Below are positions 1 to 11,910 of a DNA stretch of 64,000 nucleotides, in pieces. The position numbers and the translations under genes were made by a program. Below the pieces are notes generated by a model that saw only the letters and a program-made list of their open reading frames with translations, searched no databases and was not told the DNA's origin. This stretch comes from a bacterium (GTDB lineage Bacteria; UBA8248; JACPRG01; G963555815), in NCBI GenBank assembly GCA_965261595.1, contig CBDHDG010000005.1, forward strand, positions 864,001-928,000, read 5' to 3'. How positions within the stretch are numbered: the stretch's first letter is position 1; each line of letters opens with the position of its first letter.

Positions 1-1148
1 CCTTTCCGGGGAAAGAGGCCGAACGCGCGCGCGGCGTTGAGGCTCGAGACCGCGGCCAGACGTTCATAGGTGAGGTCTTTACGCTGAACGCCTTGCAACA
101 GCGTGGACAGGATCGTCCCCGAGCCCGGAAGTCCCGCGGGGGCGTTCCAGATGTCCCGGTCTTTTTGCGCGAAAGCCTCTTCATGCCCGGTGGACACGAT
201 GTGGTCGGAACCGACGCAATCGAGGCCGTTTCCGCCGATTGCGCGCCAGAGGGCTTCGCGGTCTGTTTTCAACTTGATGGCCGGGTTGTACTTGCCGATG
301 CCGATTCGGGGGTCCTCCCGATCCACCAGCAGGTAGTGGGGACAGGTCTCGCCGATGACGTCCACGCCCCTTTGCCGCGCCTCCTGGAGGAGTCTCGGTC
401 CCCCGCCGAATCCGATGTGTACGACATAGAGGGGACAACCCGTCCGCTCCGCGTAGAGGCAGGCCCGGGAGATGCCTTCTTCCTCGCAGATGTGGGGGTG
501 GGCGTCCGTCCAGACCGCCCCATCCATCCGTCCCTGCCGCCGGAATTCATCTTCCAGGAACCAGCCGATTTCCCAATTCTCCGCGTGGACCACCGCCCGG
601 GCGGGCGGATCGAGCGCGGCGATGATCTCGAAGGCGCGGAGGAGAGCCCCGTCGTCCAGGGCGCATATCGTTGGATACAGCTCGCGCTCCAGTCCCGAGA
701 AGAAAAATTTGAAGGACGAAACTCCGTGAAGGGCGAACAGGTCGTTGATCTCGGAAAGGGTCTCCTTTCCGTTGATGATGGGCTGAATGCCCATGTCTAC
801 GAAAGAATGGGACTCGATATGGGATTTCCAGCCCCCGATGGAATCCAGCGGTCCGCGGGGGCCGGACGAATAGTCCAGGTAGGTGGTGACCCCGCCGAGG
901 GCCATCCGCCGCGTCTCGTGGCGGAACCCTTCGCTGTCCCCCCAGCAGTGCGCCATGTGCCCGTGGGGGTCGATCAGTCCGGGGAGAAGGAGCTTGCCGC
1001 CGGCGTCGATTTTTCGCTTCGCCGCCAGGCGGCTTGTAGAGACGATAGCGATTCGGCCGTCGCGAATCCCGACGTTCGCCGCAAAACGGCCGGCCGGGGA
1101 GACCACCGTTCCGTTGAGGATTGCGGTATCGAGTCTGGTGGATGGCAT
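1..1148 (-). CDS. Cyclic amidohydrolase (dihydropyrimidinase/allantoinase/dihydroorotase-like), 3' end runs off the window
   Basis: Not in the ORF track, which implies no stop inside the window. Manual translation from ATG 1148 (RBS GGGGAG) gives MPSTRLDTAILNGTVVSP...VGIRDGRI...IDAGGKLLLPGLIDPHGHM...GGVTTYLD...GVSSFKFF: HxH metal motif and SFK carbamylated-Lys motif. Confidence 0.88.
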   Translation of the reverse strand, partial: MPSTRLDTAILNGTVVSPAGRFAANVGIRDGRIAIVSTSRLAAKRKIDAGGKLLLPGLIDPHGHMAHCWGDSEGFRHETRRMALGGVTTYLDYSSGPRGPLDSIGGWKSHIESHSFVDMGIQPIINGKETLSEINDLFALHGVSSFKFFFSGLERELYPTICALDDGALLRAFEIIAALDPPARAVVHAENWEIGWFLEDEFRRQGRMDGAVWTDAHPHICEEEGISRACLYAERTGCPLYVVHIGFGGGPRLLQEARQRGVDVIGETCPHYLLVDREDPRIGIGKYNPAIKLKTDREALWRAIGGNGLDCVGSDHIVSTGHEEAFAQKDRDIWNAPAGLPGSGTILSTLLQGVQRKDLTYERLAAVSSLNAARAFGLFPRK

Positions 1149-1285
1149 TGCAATCTCCCCTGAATAAAAGCCCCGCTTCCGTTGCGATGGTTAAACCCGT
1201 TTCATATGGCCCCGGGCGTTCTGGTCGGCGTCATGTTTCGCCGCGCCCGCACATCCTTCCCCCGGGAGAAGGCCCTCGGGGCCGC

Positions 1286-1638
1286 TCACATCTCGACCAC
1301 CGTTATTTCCTGCACCGGCCACTTGGACAGGATCTCGCAGCCGTTCCGGGTCACGTGGACCACCTCCTCGATGCGGACCCTTTGCCTTCGCCGTCTCCGT
1401 CCTGGGTCTCGATGGCGAAGGTCATTCCCTCCTCGATGGTCATGGGGTGGTCCAAAGCGGGGTGTAGGTGGAGGTGATGTAGCGGGTGTTCCATTCGTTC
1501 AGGTTCAGGAAGGCCCCCCAAGTCGTTCTCCTCGAACTTGGCCCGCTGAAGGCGTCTCTTCCGCAGGGCCTCCAGGTTGATGCCCTCAATCCAGTCCACC
1601 CGGTCCAGCGGATACGAAAGGCCATATTCCTCTGTCAT
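1286..1638 (-). pseudogene. Xaa-Pro peptidase (M24) family remnant with large internal deletion
   Basis: N-terminal part (LRKRRLQRAK...FLNLNEWNTRYITS) joined directly to the M24 C-terminus (IEEGMTFAIET...GVRIEEVVHVTRNGCEILSKWP...stop 1286); two frameshifts in G runs. Confidence 0.75.
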
Positions 1639-1648
1639 GGAGACCCCC

Positions 1649-3267
1649 TCATCTTTCTTCCCCCCTGCGGGAGGCGTCTTCCTTTTCCCTCAGCGCCCTG
1701 CGAAGGATTTTTCCGCTCCCGGACTTTGGGATGGCGTCGATGAACTCGACCTCGCGGATTTGCTTGTAGCCCGCCACCCGCTCCCGCACGAAGGCCATGA
1801 TCGCCTCCGGGTCGGGAGGGGGATCGTTGCTGGGGACGATGAAGGCCTTGGGGATCTCTCCCGCCTCCGGGTCGGCCTTGGCGATGACCGCCGCGTCGGC
1901 CACCTCCGGATGCCCGTGCAGGAGGGCCTCCAGCTCGGCCGGGGCCACGGCGAACCCCTTGTACTTGATCATCTCCTTCAGCCGGTCGAGGATGAAGACG
2001 TAGCCGTCCTCGTCGATCCGGACGATGTCCCCCGTGTAGAGCCAGCCGTCCCGGAGGGCGCGGGCCGTCTCCTCGGGCGCGTTCCAGTAACCCTTCATGA
2101 CCTGCGGCCCCCGGAGGATGAGCTCCCCCGCCTCTCCCGGCGGCATCTCCTTCTCCCCCGTCTCGATGTCCACCACCTTCTGTTCCTCGTCGGAGACGGG
2201 AGGGCCGACGGACGCCTCCTTCACACACGCCTCGTCCGGGGGGTTCATATGGGTCAGCGGGGAGGCCTCGGTCAGTCCGTAGCCCATGAAGGTCAGGACC
2301 CCCGTCCGCTCCCGCACCCGCCGGCAGACCTCGGTGGGAAGGGGCGCCGCGCCGCTCATGATGTAGCGCAGGGAAGAGAGGTCGTAATCTTCCAGGTCGG
2401 GGAGCTGGGAGATCGCCAACAGCGCGGGCGGCGCGCCATAGAACAGCGTCAGCCGCCGGCGCTCCACCAGGCGCAGGGCCTCCTCGGCGCCGAACCGGGC
2501 CATCAGGATTTGCGGGGCCCCGGCCAGGATCAACCCGCCCATGATCATGGCCCCGTAGATGTGGTAGAGGGGAAGGAACAGCAGGCCGCTGTCCCGGTCC
2601 GTGATCCGGTGGTTGGCCGCGAACTGGACGTAGTTGGAGACCAGGTTCCGGTGGGTCAGCATCACCCCCTTCGGCAACCCCGTCGTCCCGCTGGAATAGG
2701 GCAGGGCGATGAGGTCTTCGCGCGGATCGATGGGGGGCTCGGGCGGGGGGGAGGGACTTTCCGCCAGGATCCAATCCTGGAAGCGGGCGCGGCCCGCCGG
2801 ATTTTCGCCCTCGCCCGCGACGATCACCTCTTGAAGGTCGGGAAGCTGGGAAGAGACGGCCTCGATCACCGGGAGTCGGGATTCTTCCACGATCACGAGC
2901 TTCGCCCCGGAGTCTTGAAGCTGGTAGCGGGCCTCGGCTTCTTTGAAGGAAGCGTTCAGGGGCGTGACGACCGCGCCGGCTTTGGAGACGCCGAAAAAGG
3001 CGATTTCGAACTCGATCGAATTGGGGAGAAAGAGCCCCACGCGGTCCCCGGGACCGACGCTGGCCGCCCGGAGGGCGCGCGCGCAGGCGTTGGACAGGCC
3101 TTCCAGCTCGCGGAACGTGACCTCCCGCTCGCCGTCCACCAGCGCGACCCGATCCGGACACCGCCCGGCGGAAGTCCGCAACAGTCCGTGGAAAGGGTGT
3201 TCGGGGTAATCCAGGGGAGGACGGAAGTAGGGAGGCAACAAGCCGGGGGGGGAGGGGAGGGGGGCGC

Positions 3268-3271
<4 letters not shown>
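1649..3271 (-). CDS. AMP-dependent acyl-CoA synthetase (long-chain fatty acid/4-coumarate-CoA ligase-like)
   Basis: YSSGTTGLPKG, GYGLTE, TGD and SGKILRR motifs; start ATG 3271 overlaps the upstream stop (ATGA). Confidence 0.93.
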
Positions 3272-4398
<1,127 letters not shown>

Positions 4399-4438
4399 AT
4401 GGAAGCTCCCCGGTCCAGTCGTCCGGCGGACAGAGGGG

Positions 4439-5299
4439 TTAGGCGTATGGGTAGAACCCCTTTCCCGTCTTCCGGCCCAGGTCTCCCGCCTGAACCATTC
4501 GCTTCAGGAGCGGGGAGGGCAGGAACGCCTTCTCACGGAATTCTTCGTAGAGGGTCATCGCGGCATGATAGCAAATGTCCAAACCGATGAGATCCATCAG
4601 CGTAAAGGGGCCCATGGGGAAGCCGCACCCCAGCTTCATGCCCTTGTCGATGTCCTCGACGGTGGCGACCCCTTCCTCCAGGGACCGGACGGCCTCCATC
4701 AGGTAGGGGATCAGGAGGCGGTCCACGACGAATCCCGCCTTGTCCGCCGATTCGATGGGCTCTTTGCCCAGAGAGCGGACGAAGGCCCAAGCGGCATCGA
4801 ACGCCCCGTCGCCGGTCAGGGGGGTCCGGACGACCTCAACCAGTTTCATGACGGGGGCCGGATTGAAAAAATGCATCCCGACCACCCGGGAAGGCCGGGA
4901 GGTGGCCGCCGCCATCTCCGTGACGCGGAGCGAGGAGGTGTTGGTGGCGAACAGGGCGTCGGGCTTGCAGATCAGGTCGAGTCGGCCGAAGAGATCTTTC
5001 TTCAAGGACAGGTCCTCGAAGACGGCTTCGATCACAAGGTCCGCATCGGCGTGCCCTTCCAGATCCGCGCCGCGCGCGATCCGGTCCAAGGTCTCGTCCG
5101 CCGCCTCCCGGGAGGAGCGCCCCTTCTCTACGTTCCTCGTGAGTGAGGAGCGGATCGAGTCGAGTCCGCGCTCGATCGCTTCGCCCGTCTCGTCCGAGAT
5201 GTAGACCGAATACCCCGCCGCCGCGACGACCTGGGCGATCCCCGACCCCATGACGCCGCATCCGACAACCCCGACGCGCTTGATCGGCGTTCCGCTCAT
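4439..5299 (-). CDS. hbd: 3-hydroxybutyryl-CoA/3-hydroxyacyl-CoA dehydrogenase
   Basis: GCGVMGSGIA Rossmann motif, NTSSL, HFFNPAPVMKLVE, GRKTGKGFY; start chosen at the ATG behind GGAGGAAGG. Confidence 0.92.
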   Translation of the reverse strand: MSGTPIKRVGVVGCGVMGSGIAQVVAAAGYSVYISDETGEAIERGLDSIRSSLTRNVEKGRSSREAADETLDRIARGADLEGHADADLVIEAVFEDLSLKKDLFGRLDLICKPDALFATNTSSLRVTEMAAATSRPSRVVGMHFFNPAPVMKLVEVVRTPLTGDGAFDAAWAFVRSLGKEPIESADKAGFVVDRLLIPYLMEAVRSLEEGVATVEDIDKGMKLGCGFPMGPFTLMDLIGLDICYHAAMTLYEEFREKAFLPSPLLKRMVQAGDLGRKTGKGFYPYA

Positions 5300-5414
5300 C
5301 CCGGTTCCTTCCTCCGGTCGTGCATAGGGTTCACTCCCGCCTTGCGGATCCTCCCAGGTCATGGTCCGAAAAGATCAATCGGTTAACGAAGATCGGCCGG
5401 AACAGCAGATAGCG

Positions 5415-6230
5415 TTACTTGGCCGTCTGGCCACCGTCCACCGGGAGGATGGCTCCCGTTACGTAGTCCGAAGCGGGCGAGGCCAGAAACAGGATGGCCG
5501 CCGCCACGTCCCGGGGAGTCCCCGGCCGCCGCAGGGGAACGTTGTCGCGGATAAACCTTTTGCCGGGCTCTGAATTCAGAAATTCCCGGCTCATGTCGGT
5601 CTCGATATACCCGGGGCAGACGGCGTTGACCGTGATCTTTTCGCGGGCCAGCTCGACGGCCAGCGCCCGGGTGAGGGCCGCCAACCCGCCCTTGGCCGCG
5701 CCGTAAGCCGACAGGCCGGTCATTCCCACGAGGGCGGAGGCCGAGATGACATTGATGATTTTCCCTCCCCCGCCGTTTTGCATGACCTCCACGGCCCGCT
5801 TGGCGCAAAGGTACGCGGCCCGGAGGTTGATGTCGTGCGTCCGGTCCCAGTCCTCGATTGTCGTATCCACGAACGCTTTGCCGATTCCGAGCCCGGCGTT
5901 GTTGATGAGGATGTCCAGGCCGCGCCAGGTATCCGCCGCTTCGCGGAAAACGCGTGTCACCGCATCGGGGTCGGTCAGGTCCGCCGTGAGGCGGAGGGAG
6001 CTCTCTCCAGCGCCTTCATCCGGAGCGGCCGCCGACACGGCCTCGGCCGATTCGTCCAGGGCGTCGAGGTCGCGGCCGACCAGGACTACGCGTGCGCCCG
6101 CCCCGGCCAGCGCAACGGCCGCGGCCCGTCCGATCCCCCGGCTGGCGCCCGTGATCAAGGCGACGCGCCCCCGGAGGTCAAAGAATCCTACGCGCTCCTC
6201 ACTCGAAACGATCCCTCGCGCCTCCGGCAT
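5415..6230 (-). CDS. SDR family NAD(P)-dependent oxidoreductase
   Basis: TGASRGIG, NNAG, YGAAK and VDGG motifs. Confidence 0.93.
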   Translation of the reverse strand: MPEARGIVSSEERVGFFDLRGRVALITGASRGIGRAAAVALAGAGARVVLVGRDLDALDESAEAVSAAAPDEGAGESSLRLTADLTDPDAVTRVFREAADTWRGLDILINNAGLGIGKAFVDTTIEDWDRTHDINLRAAYLCAKRAVEVMQNGGGGKIINVISASALVGMTGLSAYGAAKGGLAALTRALAVELAREKITVNAVCPGYIETDMSREFLNSEPGKRFIRDNVPLRRPGTPRDVAAAILFLASPASDYVTGAILPVDGGQTAK

Positions 6231-6304
6231 CGGTTACGTGATTCCATCACTATACCATTCATGAAATTTCGACCGCATCGCCGCCAACGGTTAGCGTGAA
6301 AGCC

Positions 6305-7750
6305 TCAGGGCCCTTCGAGGGCGTCCAGGACCAGTTGCTTGCACCGTTCCAGGTCGTAGTCCCGGTAGGTGGTCAGGGTCTGGGCTTCGAGGGAGCCTTC
6401 TCCATGGAGGGTGACGACGTAGTTGTACCCGCCGAAGTCGGAGGCCGTCAGATCCTTGATAAGATTGAACAGCCGCAGCCGCGTTTCGGTGGGAACGGAG
6501 GGGTCGCCGCGAAGGTACTTGTTCAGAAGGCCGTGGACCTCCGGGTTTCGGTAGTCCGCTTCGGAGGGCTGGGTGATGACCAGACCGCCCGCGATGTCCT
6601 GGAGGATGCGGCTGGCCTCGTGGAAGTGGCTGGCGAAGTAGTGCTTGCCGACGTTCAGGTAGACGGAGTTCGGGACCGCGATCCCCCCCCCCGGCTCCAT
6701 GCGCTCGCAGTCCAGGGCGGCGGCCTTGGTGCAGGCCCGGATGATCTCCGTGTAGGTGATGAGGCGGGCGATCTTCTCCCGGATGTGGCCGGCGCCCCCC
6801 ACGCCGTTGGCCTCGGCGATGAGCTGGGCCGCGCCGATGAACATGTCTCCGGTGGGCGGCTTGTAACTGATGGCGGTGAAGCGGTGGAAGCGGGCGAACA
6901 GGCCGGCCAGGGGGCCGGCGAAGTCCCACTCCCCGCACAGGAACACCCGCTCCCACGGGATGAAGACGTCCTCGAAGATGGTCACCGATTCGGTCTCGAT
7001 GTGGTGGCGGCTGATGGGGTGATCGAAGGCGCTCTGGTCGCGATGCGTGGTGGGGCGGCAGACCAATTTCAGCCCGTCGGTCGCCACGGGCAGGGAGAAG
7101 GCCACGGCGTAATCGGCGTCCCCCTCGGTCATGGCCCGGGTCGGCAGGACGATGATCTCGTCCACGACCGGCCCCATCGTGGTGTGGGCCTTCGCCCCCC
7201 GGACGACGATGCCGTCCTTGCGGCGGTCCACAATCCGGACGTAAAGGTCCGGGTCCTCCTGCTGGTGGGGACGCTTGCTTCGCTCCCCTTTGACGTCGGT
7301 CTGGGCCACGGCGATGCTGAGGTCCCCGGCGCGGCAGCGGTCGAGCTGCGCGGCGACGCGGGGGGCGTAGTCCGTCCCTTTTTCCTGGTCCAGGTGGTGG
7401 GCGATCACCGTCAGGGCGAACAGGGCGTCCGAGCCGATGGCCTTGATGATGTTCAGGACGCTCCGGGCCTCTTCGGTGGTTTTCTCGATCAGCTCCGTTC
7501 TTCGGAGGAGGTCGTCCGTGTTCCGGGCGAAGGCGAAATACCGGCTGTAGGGGGCGTCCTCGCCGTCGGAGACCACGAAAAGGTCGCGCAGGTCCTTTCG
7601 GTGGGCGAAGCGGAATATGGTCGCGCCGTGATCGGCGCAGATTCCGAGGACGGGGTGCGCGGTGACATCCTCCACGCGCCCGCCGCCTTGGAAAACCGTT
7701 CGGCCGTCCCGCAGACCGGCCAGGTACTCTTCCGCGGTCCGAATCGCCAT
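6305..7750 (-). CDS. 4-hydroxybutyryl-CoA dehydratase/4-hydroxyphenylacetate 3-hydroxylase family flavoprotein, lacking the Fe-S cysteines
   Basis: AQTDVKGERSKRPHQQEDPDLYVRIV...GIVVRGAKAHTT, FEDVFIPWERVF, LQDIAGG and HGEGS are AbfD-type; the CFQRC motif is replaced by NIIKA. Confidence 0.85.
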   Translation of the reverse strand: MAIRTAEEYLAGLRDGRTVFQGGGRVEDVTAHPVLGICADHGATIFRFAHRKDLRDLFVVSDGEDAPYSRYFAFARNTDDLLRRTELIEKTTEEARSVLNIIKAIGSDALFALTVIAHHLDQEKGTDYAPRVAAQLDRCRAGDLSIAVAQTDVKGERSKRPHQQEDPDLYVRIVDRRKDGIVVRGAKAHTTMGPVVDEIIVLPTRAMTEGDADYAVAFSLPVATDGLKLVCRPTTHRDQSAFDHPISRHHIETESVTIFEDVFIPWERVFLCGEWDFAGPLAGLFARFHRFTAISYKPPTGDMFIGAAQLIAEANGVGGAGHIREKIARLITYTEIIRACTKAAALDCERMEPGGGIAVPNSVYLNVGKHYFASHFHEASRILQDIAGGLVITQPSEADYRNPEVHGLLNKYLRGDPSVPTETRLRLFNLIKDLTASDFGGYNYVVTLHGEGSLEAQTLTTYRDYDLERCKQLVLDALEGP

Positions 7751-7829
7751 CGCTCCTCGCTCCCTTGCGCGCTCCGGCAGGGATTGCGTTTGTATGGAAC
7801 CCGCAACGCCGGGTCGGAGGGCCGGCTTC

Positions 7830-9185
7830 TCAGCCTCGCTCGTCCCTGAGTCGCTGGGCTTTATGGGTGGTTCGTTCGAGCGTGCCGAAAGGCTTCAACG
7901 CCACGTCCGGTGTCACTTGCAGCGCTTCCCGCAGTCGGCGGCGGACCTTCTCGCGCAGGCCGGCCGGGTCCGATTGCCCCTGAAGGGGTTCGGCCTCGAC
8001 GGTGCATACGTCCGCGCCCGTCTTCTTGTCCGTGGAGAGAACGATAAGGAACTCGTCGCCCAGATCCTCCATCCCCCGGATGACGTTCTCCACCTGGATG
8101 GGATAGAACTTGGCGCCGCGATAGACGACCAGGTCGTCGTGGCGTCCCAGGATGCCGCCCGGCGAGCGGGCGTGCGTCCGGCCGCAGGCGCAGAGGGAAG
8201 TGTCCAGCCGGGCGGTGTCGTTGGTCCAGTACCGGATCATCGGAGAAGCTTCCCGCGTCAGGTGGGTGACGACCAGAATCCCCGTTTCCCCCTCCGATAC
8301 GGGACGAAGGGTTTCGGAGTCAATGATCTCGATCAGGTGATGGTCCTCGGTCCAGTGAAGGCCCGCTTTGGCCGTGCATTCGCCGGAGTAGGTGGGGTGG
8401 ATCTCGCTGATGCCGTAAAAGTCGAAAGCGTCGATCCCCAGGCCCGTCTCGATCTTCGCGCGGGTCCCTTCGGTCTCCGTCCCGCCCTCCCCTCCGAACA
8501 ACCCGATGCGGAGCGGGATGGACGCCGGGTCCACCACCTCCTCCCGCATGCGCTCGGCGATGTGAAGGGCGAACGAGGGGGTGGACAGAAAGACCGCCGT
8601 GCCGGCGTTTTGGAAATACCAGATCTGCCGATCTGTCAGGGTGGCCCCGATGGGGATCACGAGGCACCGGAGAAGGTCGGCCGCGTAGTGGACCGCCAGG
8701 CCGGCGATCCACAGGCCATAGCTGAAGGCGTTCTGAACGACGTCTCCCGGCCGCGTCCCGGCCTGATAAAGCAGCCGCGCGGTGAAGCGGGCGATGGTCT
8801 GGACGTCGTTGGTTGTCCAGAGGGTGTGGACGGGATGGCCCGTTGTGCCGGTGGAGGGATGGAGCTCGCGGACCTCGGAGAGGGGGGTGAGCACGTAGCG
8901 GCCGAACGGGGGATGGGCGGCCTGCTCGTCGCGGAGCTCCTGCTTGCGGACGATGGGGAGGCCCGCGAGGTCGTCCAGGCTCCGGAGGTCCCCCGGCTCG
9001 AACCCGGCCGCTTGGAACTTCTCGCGATAGAAGGGCGACCCGGCATGGCACCGCCGGACCTGCTCTTGGAGTCGCGCGAGCTGGAGCGCCCGCAACGCGT
9101 CCCGGCTGAGGGTCTCCACCTCCGGCTCGAAGAATGTTCCATCCTCTTCGGCCGCCCGGGGGTTCTTCGCTGTCCGCTCTGGCAC
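7830..9185 (-). CDS. Phenylacetate-CoA ligase (PaaK) family protein
   Basis: PSTGTTG, YGISE, REASPMIRYWTND and GRHDDL motifs; start uncertain (GTG 9185 or 9245). Confidence 0.9.
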   Translation of the reverse strand: MPERTAKNPRAAEEDGTFFEPEVETLSRDALRALQLARLQEQVRRCHAGSPFYREKFQAAGFEPGDLRSLDDLAGLPIVRKQELRDEQAAHPPFGRYVLTPLSEVRELHPSTGTTGHPVHTLWTTNDVQTIARFTARLLYQAGTRPGDVVQNAFSYGLWIAGLAVHYAADLLRCLVIPIGATLTDRQIWYFQNAGTAVFLSTPSFALHIAERMREEVVDPASIPLRIGLFGGEGGTETEGTRAKIETGLGIDAFDFYGISEIHPTYSGECTAKAGLHWTEDHHLIEIIDSETLRPVSEGETGILVVTHLTREASPMIRYWTNDTARLDTSLCACGRTHARSPGGILGRHDDLVVYRGAKFYPIQVENVIRGMEDLGDEFLIVLSTDKKTGADVCTVEAEPLQGQSDPAGLREKVRRRLREALQVTPDVALKPFGTLERTTHKAQRLRDERG

Positions 9186-9374
9186 GGAACCGTCGCCCTT
9201 CGGTCGCACGGGGGTCTCCACTTCGAATTTCTCTCCCCCCCCCACGTTTTGCCGCTCCCGGCGTCGGACGTTCTCTCCCCGCTCGGCTCCCCCCCTCCGC
9301 TCGAAATACGGGTAGAGATGAAGACGGAGGCGGAAAGGCGCGGAGTTCTCCCCCGCGAAAGCCTCAGTGCGCTC

Positions 9375-10688
9375 TCACGACTCCACTCCACACCAACGTA
9401 CGAGGATCAGGGCGATCATTTTAATGGATACCCGATACGAATCAAGGCCGAGCCATTCATTGGGCGCGTGGCCGTTCTCGCCCAGCGGGCCGATGTTCGC
9501 CGTCGGGATCTTCCCGTACAGAACGGGCACGCGCGTGTCGCTTCCCACCGGATTGGCGACCAGGGGCGCCTCCTCGCCGCTGGCGAAGGCGACGCATTCC
9601 TGGGACAGCCGAATGAAAGGATGCTGAGGGTCGTCCCTCGACGGACTGAATTTCACCGGGAGCCACTCGAGCGCGGGAGGGTTTTCCCGAAGCCAGGGAT
9701 CCGCGGCGGCGGCGGCCTTGACCGTCTCTTCGATGCGGGTCCGGTTCTCTTCAAGGGTCTCGTTGTTGGGGAAGGTGTAGACCCAGTCCATCTCGCACGC
9801 CGGTGGAACCTGGTAGAGCCATCCGCCCCCGTGAATCGCGCTCAGGTACAGGTTGACCGAGCGGACGGGACGGTCGCTGGTGTAATAGGCCGCCTCGGTG
9901 AGCGCCTCGCGCGATGTTATGCCCAGGCGCCGATCCAGCTCCCACAACGCATCGGCGATCCGGTAGGCTTTCTCGATCGCGTTCACCCCCAGGTGGGCCT
10001 GAAAGCCGTGAACGGTTTGTCCTTGCACCTTCACCCGGAATGACAGGACCCCGGAAGAAGCGATCATCACCAGGGGCGGTTTTCCCTCCCCCGGGTGGGG
10101 GTAGACGCACGCGTCGGCCCGGTAACCCTTCTCGATGCAGACCAGGATGCCGCCGCTCCCGCCGATCTCCTCTTCGATGTTGCTCATGCACACGACGTCC
10201 CCTTTGAGGCGGAGTCCGGCCCCGATGCAGGCCTGGAGGGCGAAAAACGCGGCGGCCATGCCGCTTTTCATGTCGGCCGTCCCCCGGCCGTACATCCGCC
10301 CCCCGTCGATCTCCGCGCCGTAGGGGTCGTAATCCCAGCCGTCCCCGGGAGGGACGGTGTCGATGTGGGCGAACAGAAGCATGGAAGGGCCTCCGCCCGA
10401 ACCCTTGTAGGTGCCGATGATGTTGGGCCGTTCCTCGTAATTGCCGACGTTGATCTCCGGGTCCACCGGAATGAACTCGGGATGACCTTCGAGGGCCTTC
10501 ATATCGGCGACGAAGGTCTCGATATCGAGCCCCATGTTTTTGAGGTGGTCCGCGATGTACTGCTGACCCTTCCCCTCCTCGCCGGTCGGACTCGGTATCC
10601 GGATGAGGTCCTGAAGGAGGGCGAGGGCCTCTTCGTCGTGGGAATCAATCCATTCCAAAAGGCGCGTTTCTTCTGTCGTAAGGTCCAT
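9375..10688 (-). CDS. ArgE/DapE-family M20 deacylase
   Basis: AHIDTVP, GRGTADMKSG, EEE and HAPNE motifs; RBS GGGAG before ATG 10688. Confidence 0.92.
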   Translation of the reverse strand: MDLTTEETRLLEWIDSHDEEALALLQDLIRIPSPTGEEGKGQQYIADHLKNMGLDIETFVADMKALEGHPEFIPVDPEINVGNYEERPNIIGTYKGSGGGPSMLLFAHIDTVPPGDGWDYDPYGAEIDGGRMYGRGTADMKSGMAAAFFALQACIGAGLRLKGDVVCMSNIEEEIGGSGGILVCIEKGYRADACVYPHPGEGKPPLVMIASSGVLSFRVKVQGQTVHGFQAHLGVNAIEKAYRIADALWELDRRLGITSREALTEAAYYTSDRPVRSVNLYLSAIHGGGWLYQVPPACEMDWVYTFPNNETLEENRTRIEETVKAAAAADPWLRENPPALEWLPVKFSPSRDDPQHPFIRLSQECVAFASGEEAPLVANPVGSDTRVPVLYGKIPTANIGPLGENGHAPNEWLGLDSYRVSIKMIALILVRWCGVES

Positions 10689-11115
10689 GATCCGCACTCC
10701 CGCTGGTCGAAGGGGGCGTATTCACCGGCCGGCGCTCCACTCCCCTCCGGGGTTCTTGTTGTGGAAGCCGGGTCCTCGCCCGTCAAGCGGTTCGGGTGGA
10801 GTTTCTCAAACGCGAGGATCCCGAGCGTTGCCTTTGCGTCAGTGAATTCAATTTTACTACAATGAGCTCGGTGTTTTGAAGCATTCAACGTGGATTCGGC
10901 GGGGAAGGGATGGGGTCCGCCGAATCTCCGTCCCGCCCCGCGAAGGATGCAATCGGGTCGAATGAGCATTGAAAGGGACCGATCGCTCATTCGAAATCGG
11001 TATTTCGGGCCCCCATCGGAAAGCGGCGGGATTATCCGAATGAAGATGAAAGTCCGGACCCGTTGGGTTGAAACCTTCGGGTTCTTTCAATCCCCCTGAC
11101 CGGGAGGGTTCAGTC

Positions 11116-11751
11116 ATGAGCGAATCGTCTTCTATCGATCCTCAAAAGACAGCGTTGATCGTCATCGACATGCAAAACGGCTTCTGCCACCTGAAAGGGG
11201 AGATGGCGCAAGCCGGGTTCGATATTTCGGCGTCGTCGGACATCGTTCCGCGGGTGAGACGACTCGTCGGTTTGTGTCGGGACGCGGGGGCCCCCGTCTT
11301 TTGGTCCCGCCAGGAGCATTTCCCCGGCGACGAGACGCGGGAAGGACGGCGGGTGGCGACCCATCTGGCCAAGGGGAAAGTCCGGGTGGCCGAGCGGGGG
11401 ACGTGGGGCTCGGAAATCCTTGATGAGCTCAAGGAGGATGTCCGACCCGGGGATTATGTGTTCACCAAGCACAGGATGTCCTGCTTCTTTGACACCACCT
11501 TGGACACCAAGCTCCGGATGTTGGGCGTGACGACGCTGATCATCTCCGGCGTGGCCACGAACGTGTGTGTGGAGTCCACCATCCGGGACGCCTACTTCCG
11601 GGACTATGACATCTATGTGATGGAGGACTGCGTGGGGGGTTATTTCGAGGACCTGCACAAGGCCACGCTGAAAAACGTGGAGGTCTACTTCGGCGAGCTG
11701 CTGACCGTGGATAGCCTGGAAACCCGCTTGGAGAAGCAGGGGGTTTCTTGA
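11116..11751 (+). CDS. Isochorismatase-like cysteine hydrolase (RutB-like amidohydrolase)
   Basis: ALIVIDMQNGF, KHRMSCF and GVATNVCVESTIRD give the Asp-Lys-Cys triad; RBS GGAGGG. Confidence 0.92.
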   Translation: MSESSSIDPQKTALIVIDMQNGFCHLKGEMAQAGFDISASSDIVPRVRRLVGLCRDAGAPVFWSRQEHFPGDETREGRRVATHLAKGKVRVAERGTWGSEILDELKEDVRPGDYVFTKHRMSCFFDTTLDTKLRMLGVTTLIISGVATNVCVESTIRDAYFRDYDIYVMEDCVGGYFEDLHKATLKNVEVYFGELLTVDSLETRLEKQGVS

Positions 11752-11840
11752 TCAAGCGGGTTGCTGAAACCCGGCCGTCCCCCGATTTCCGCGTCATTCC
11801 CCTGAATCGGCGGATGTTTCAAGCGGCCGTGCCAGCGACT

Positions 11841-11876
11841 GGGCCGGGCCCGGACGATCCGCTCCGGACCCGGCCC
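11841..11876. terminator. GC-rich hairpin between convergent genes (possible terminator)
   Basis: GGGCCGGGCCCGGA-N8-TCCGGACCCGGCCC, a 14-bp stem with one mismatch; no clear U tract. Confidence 0.4.
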
Positions 11877-11910
11877 GCCGTCTCTTCTTCCGCTCCCGGC
11901 CGGGGGCGGA

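Noticed and set aside
6305..7750. Naming the gene abfD or hpaB, or inferring a carbon-fixation cycle
   Set aside because: The Fe-S cysteines are absent, there is no HpaC partner, and no other cycle genes are present.
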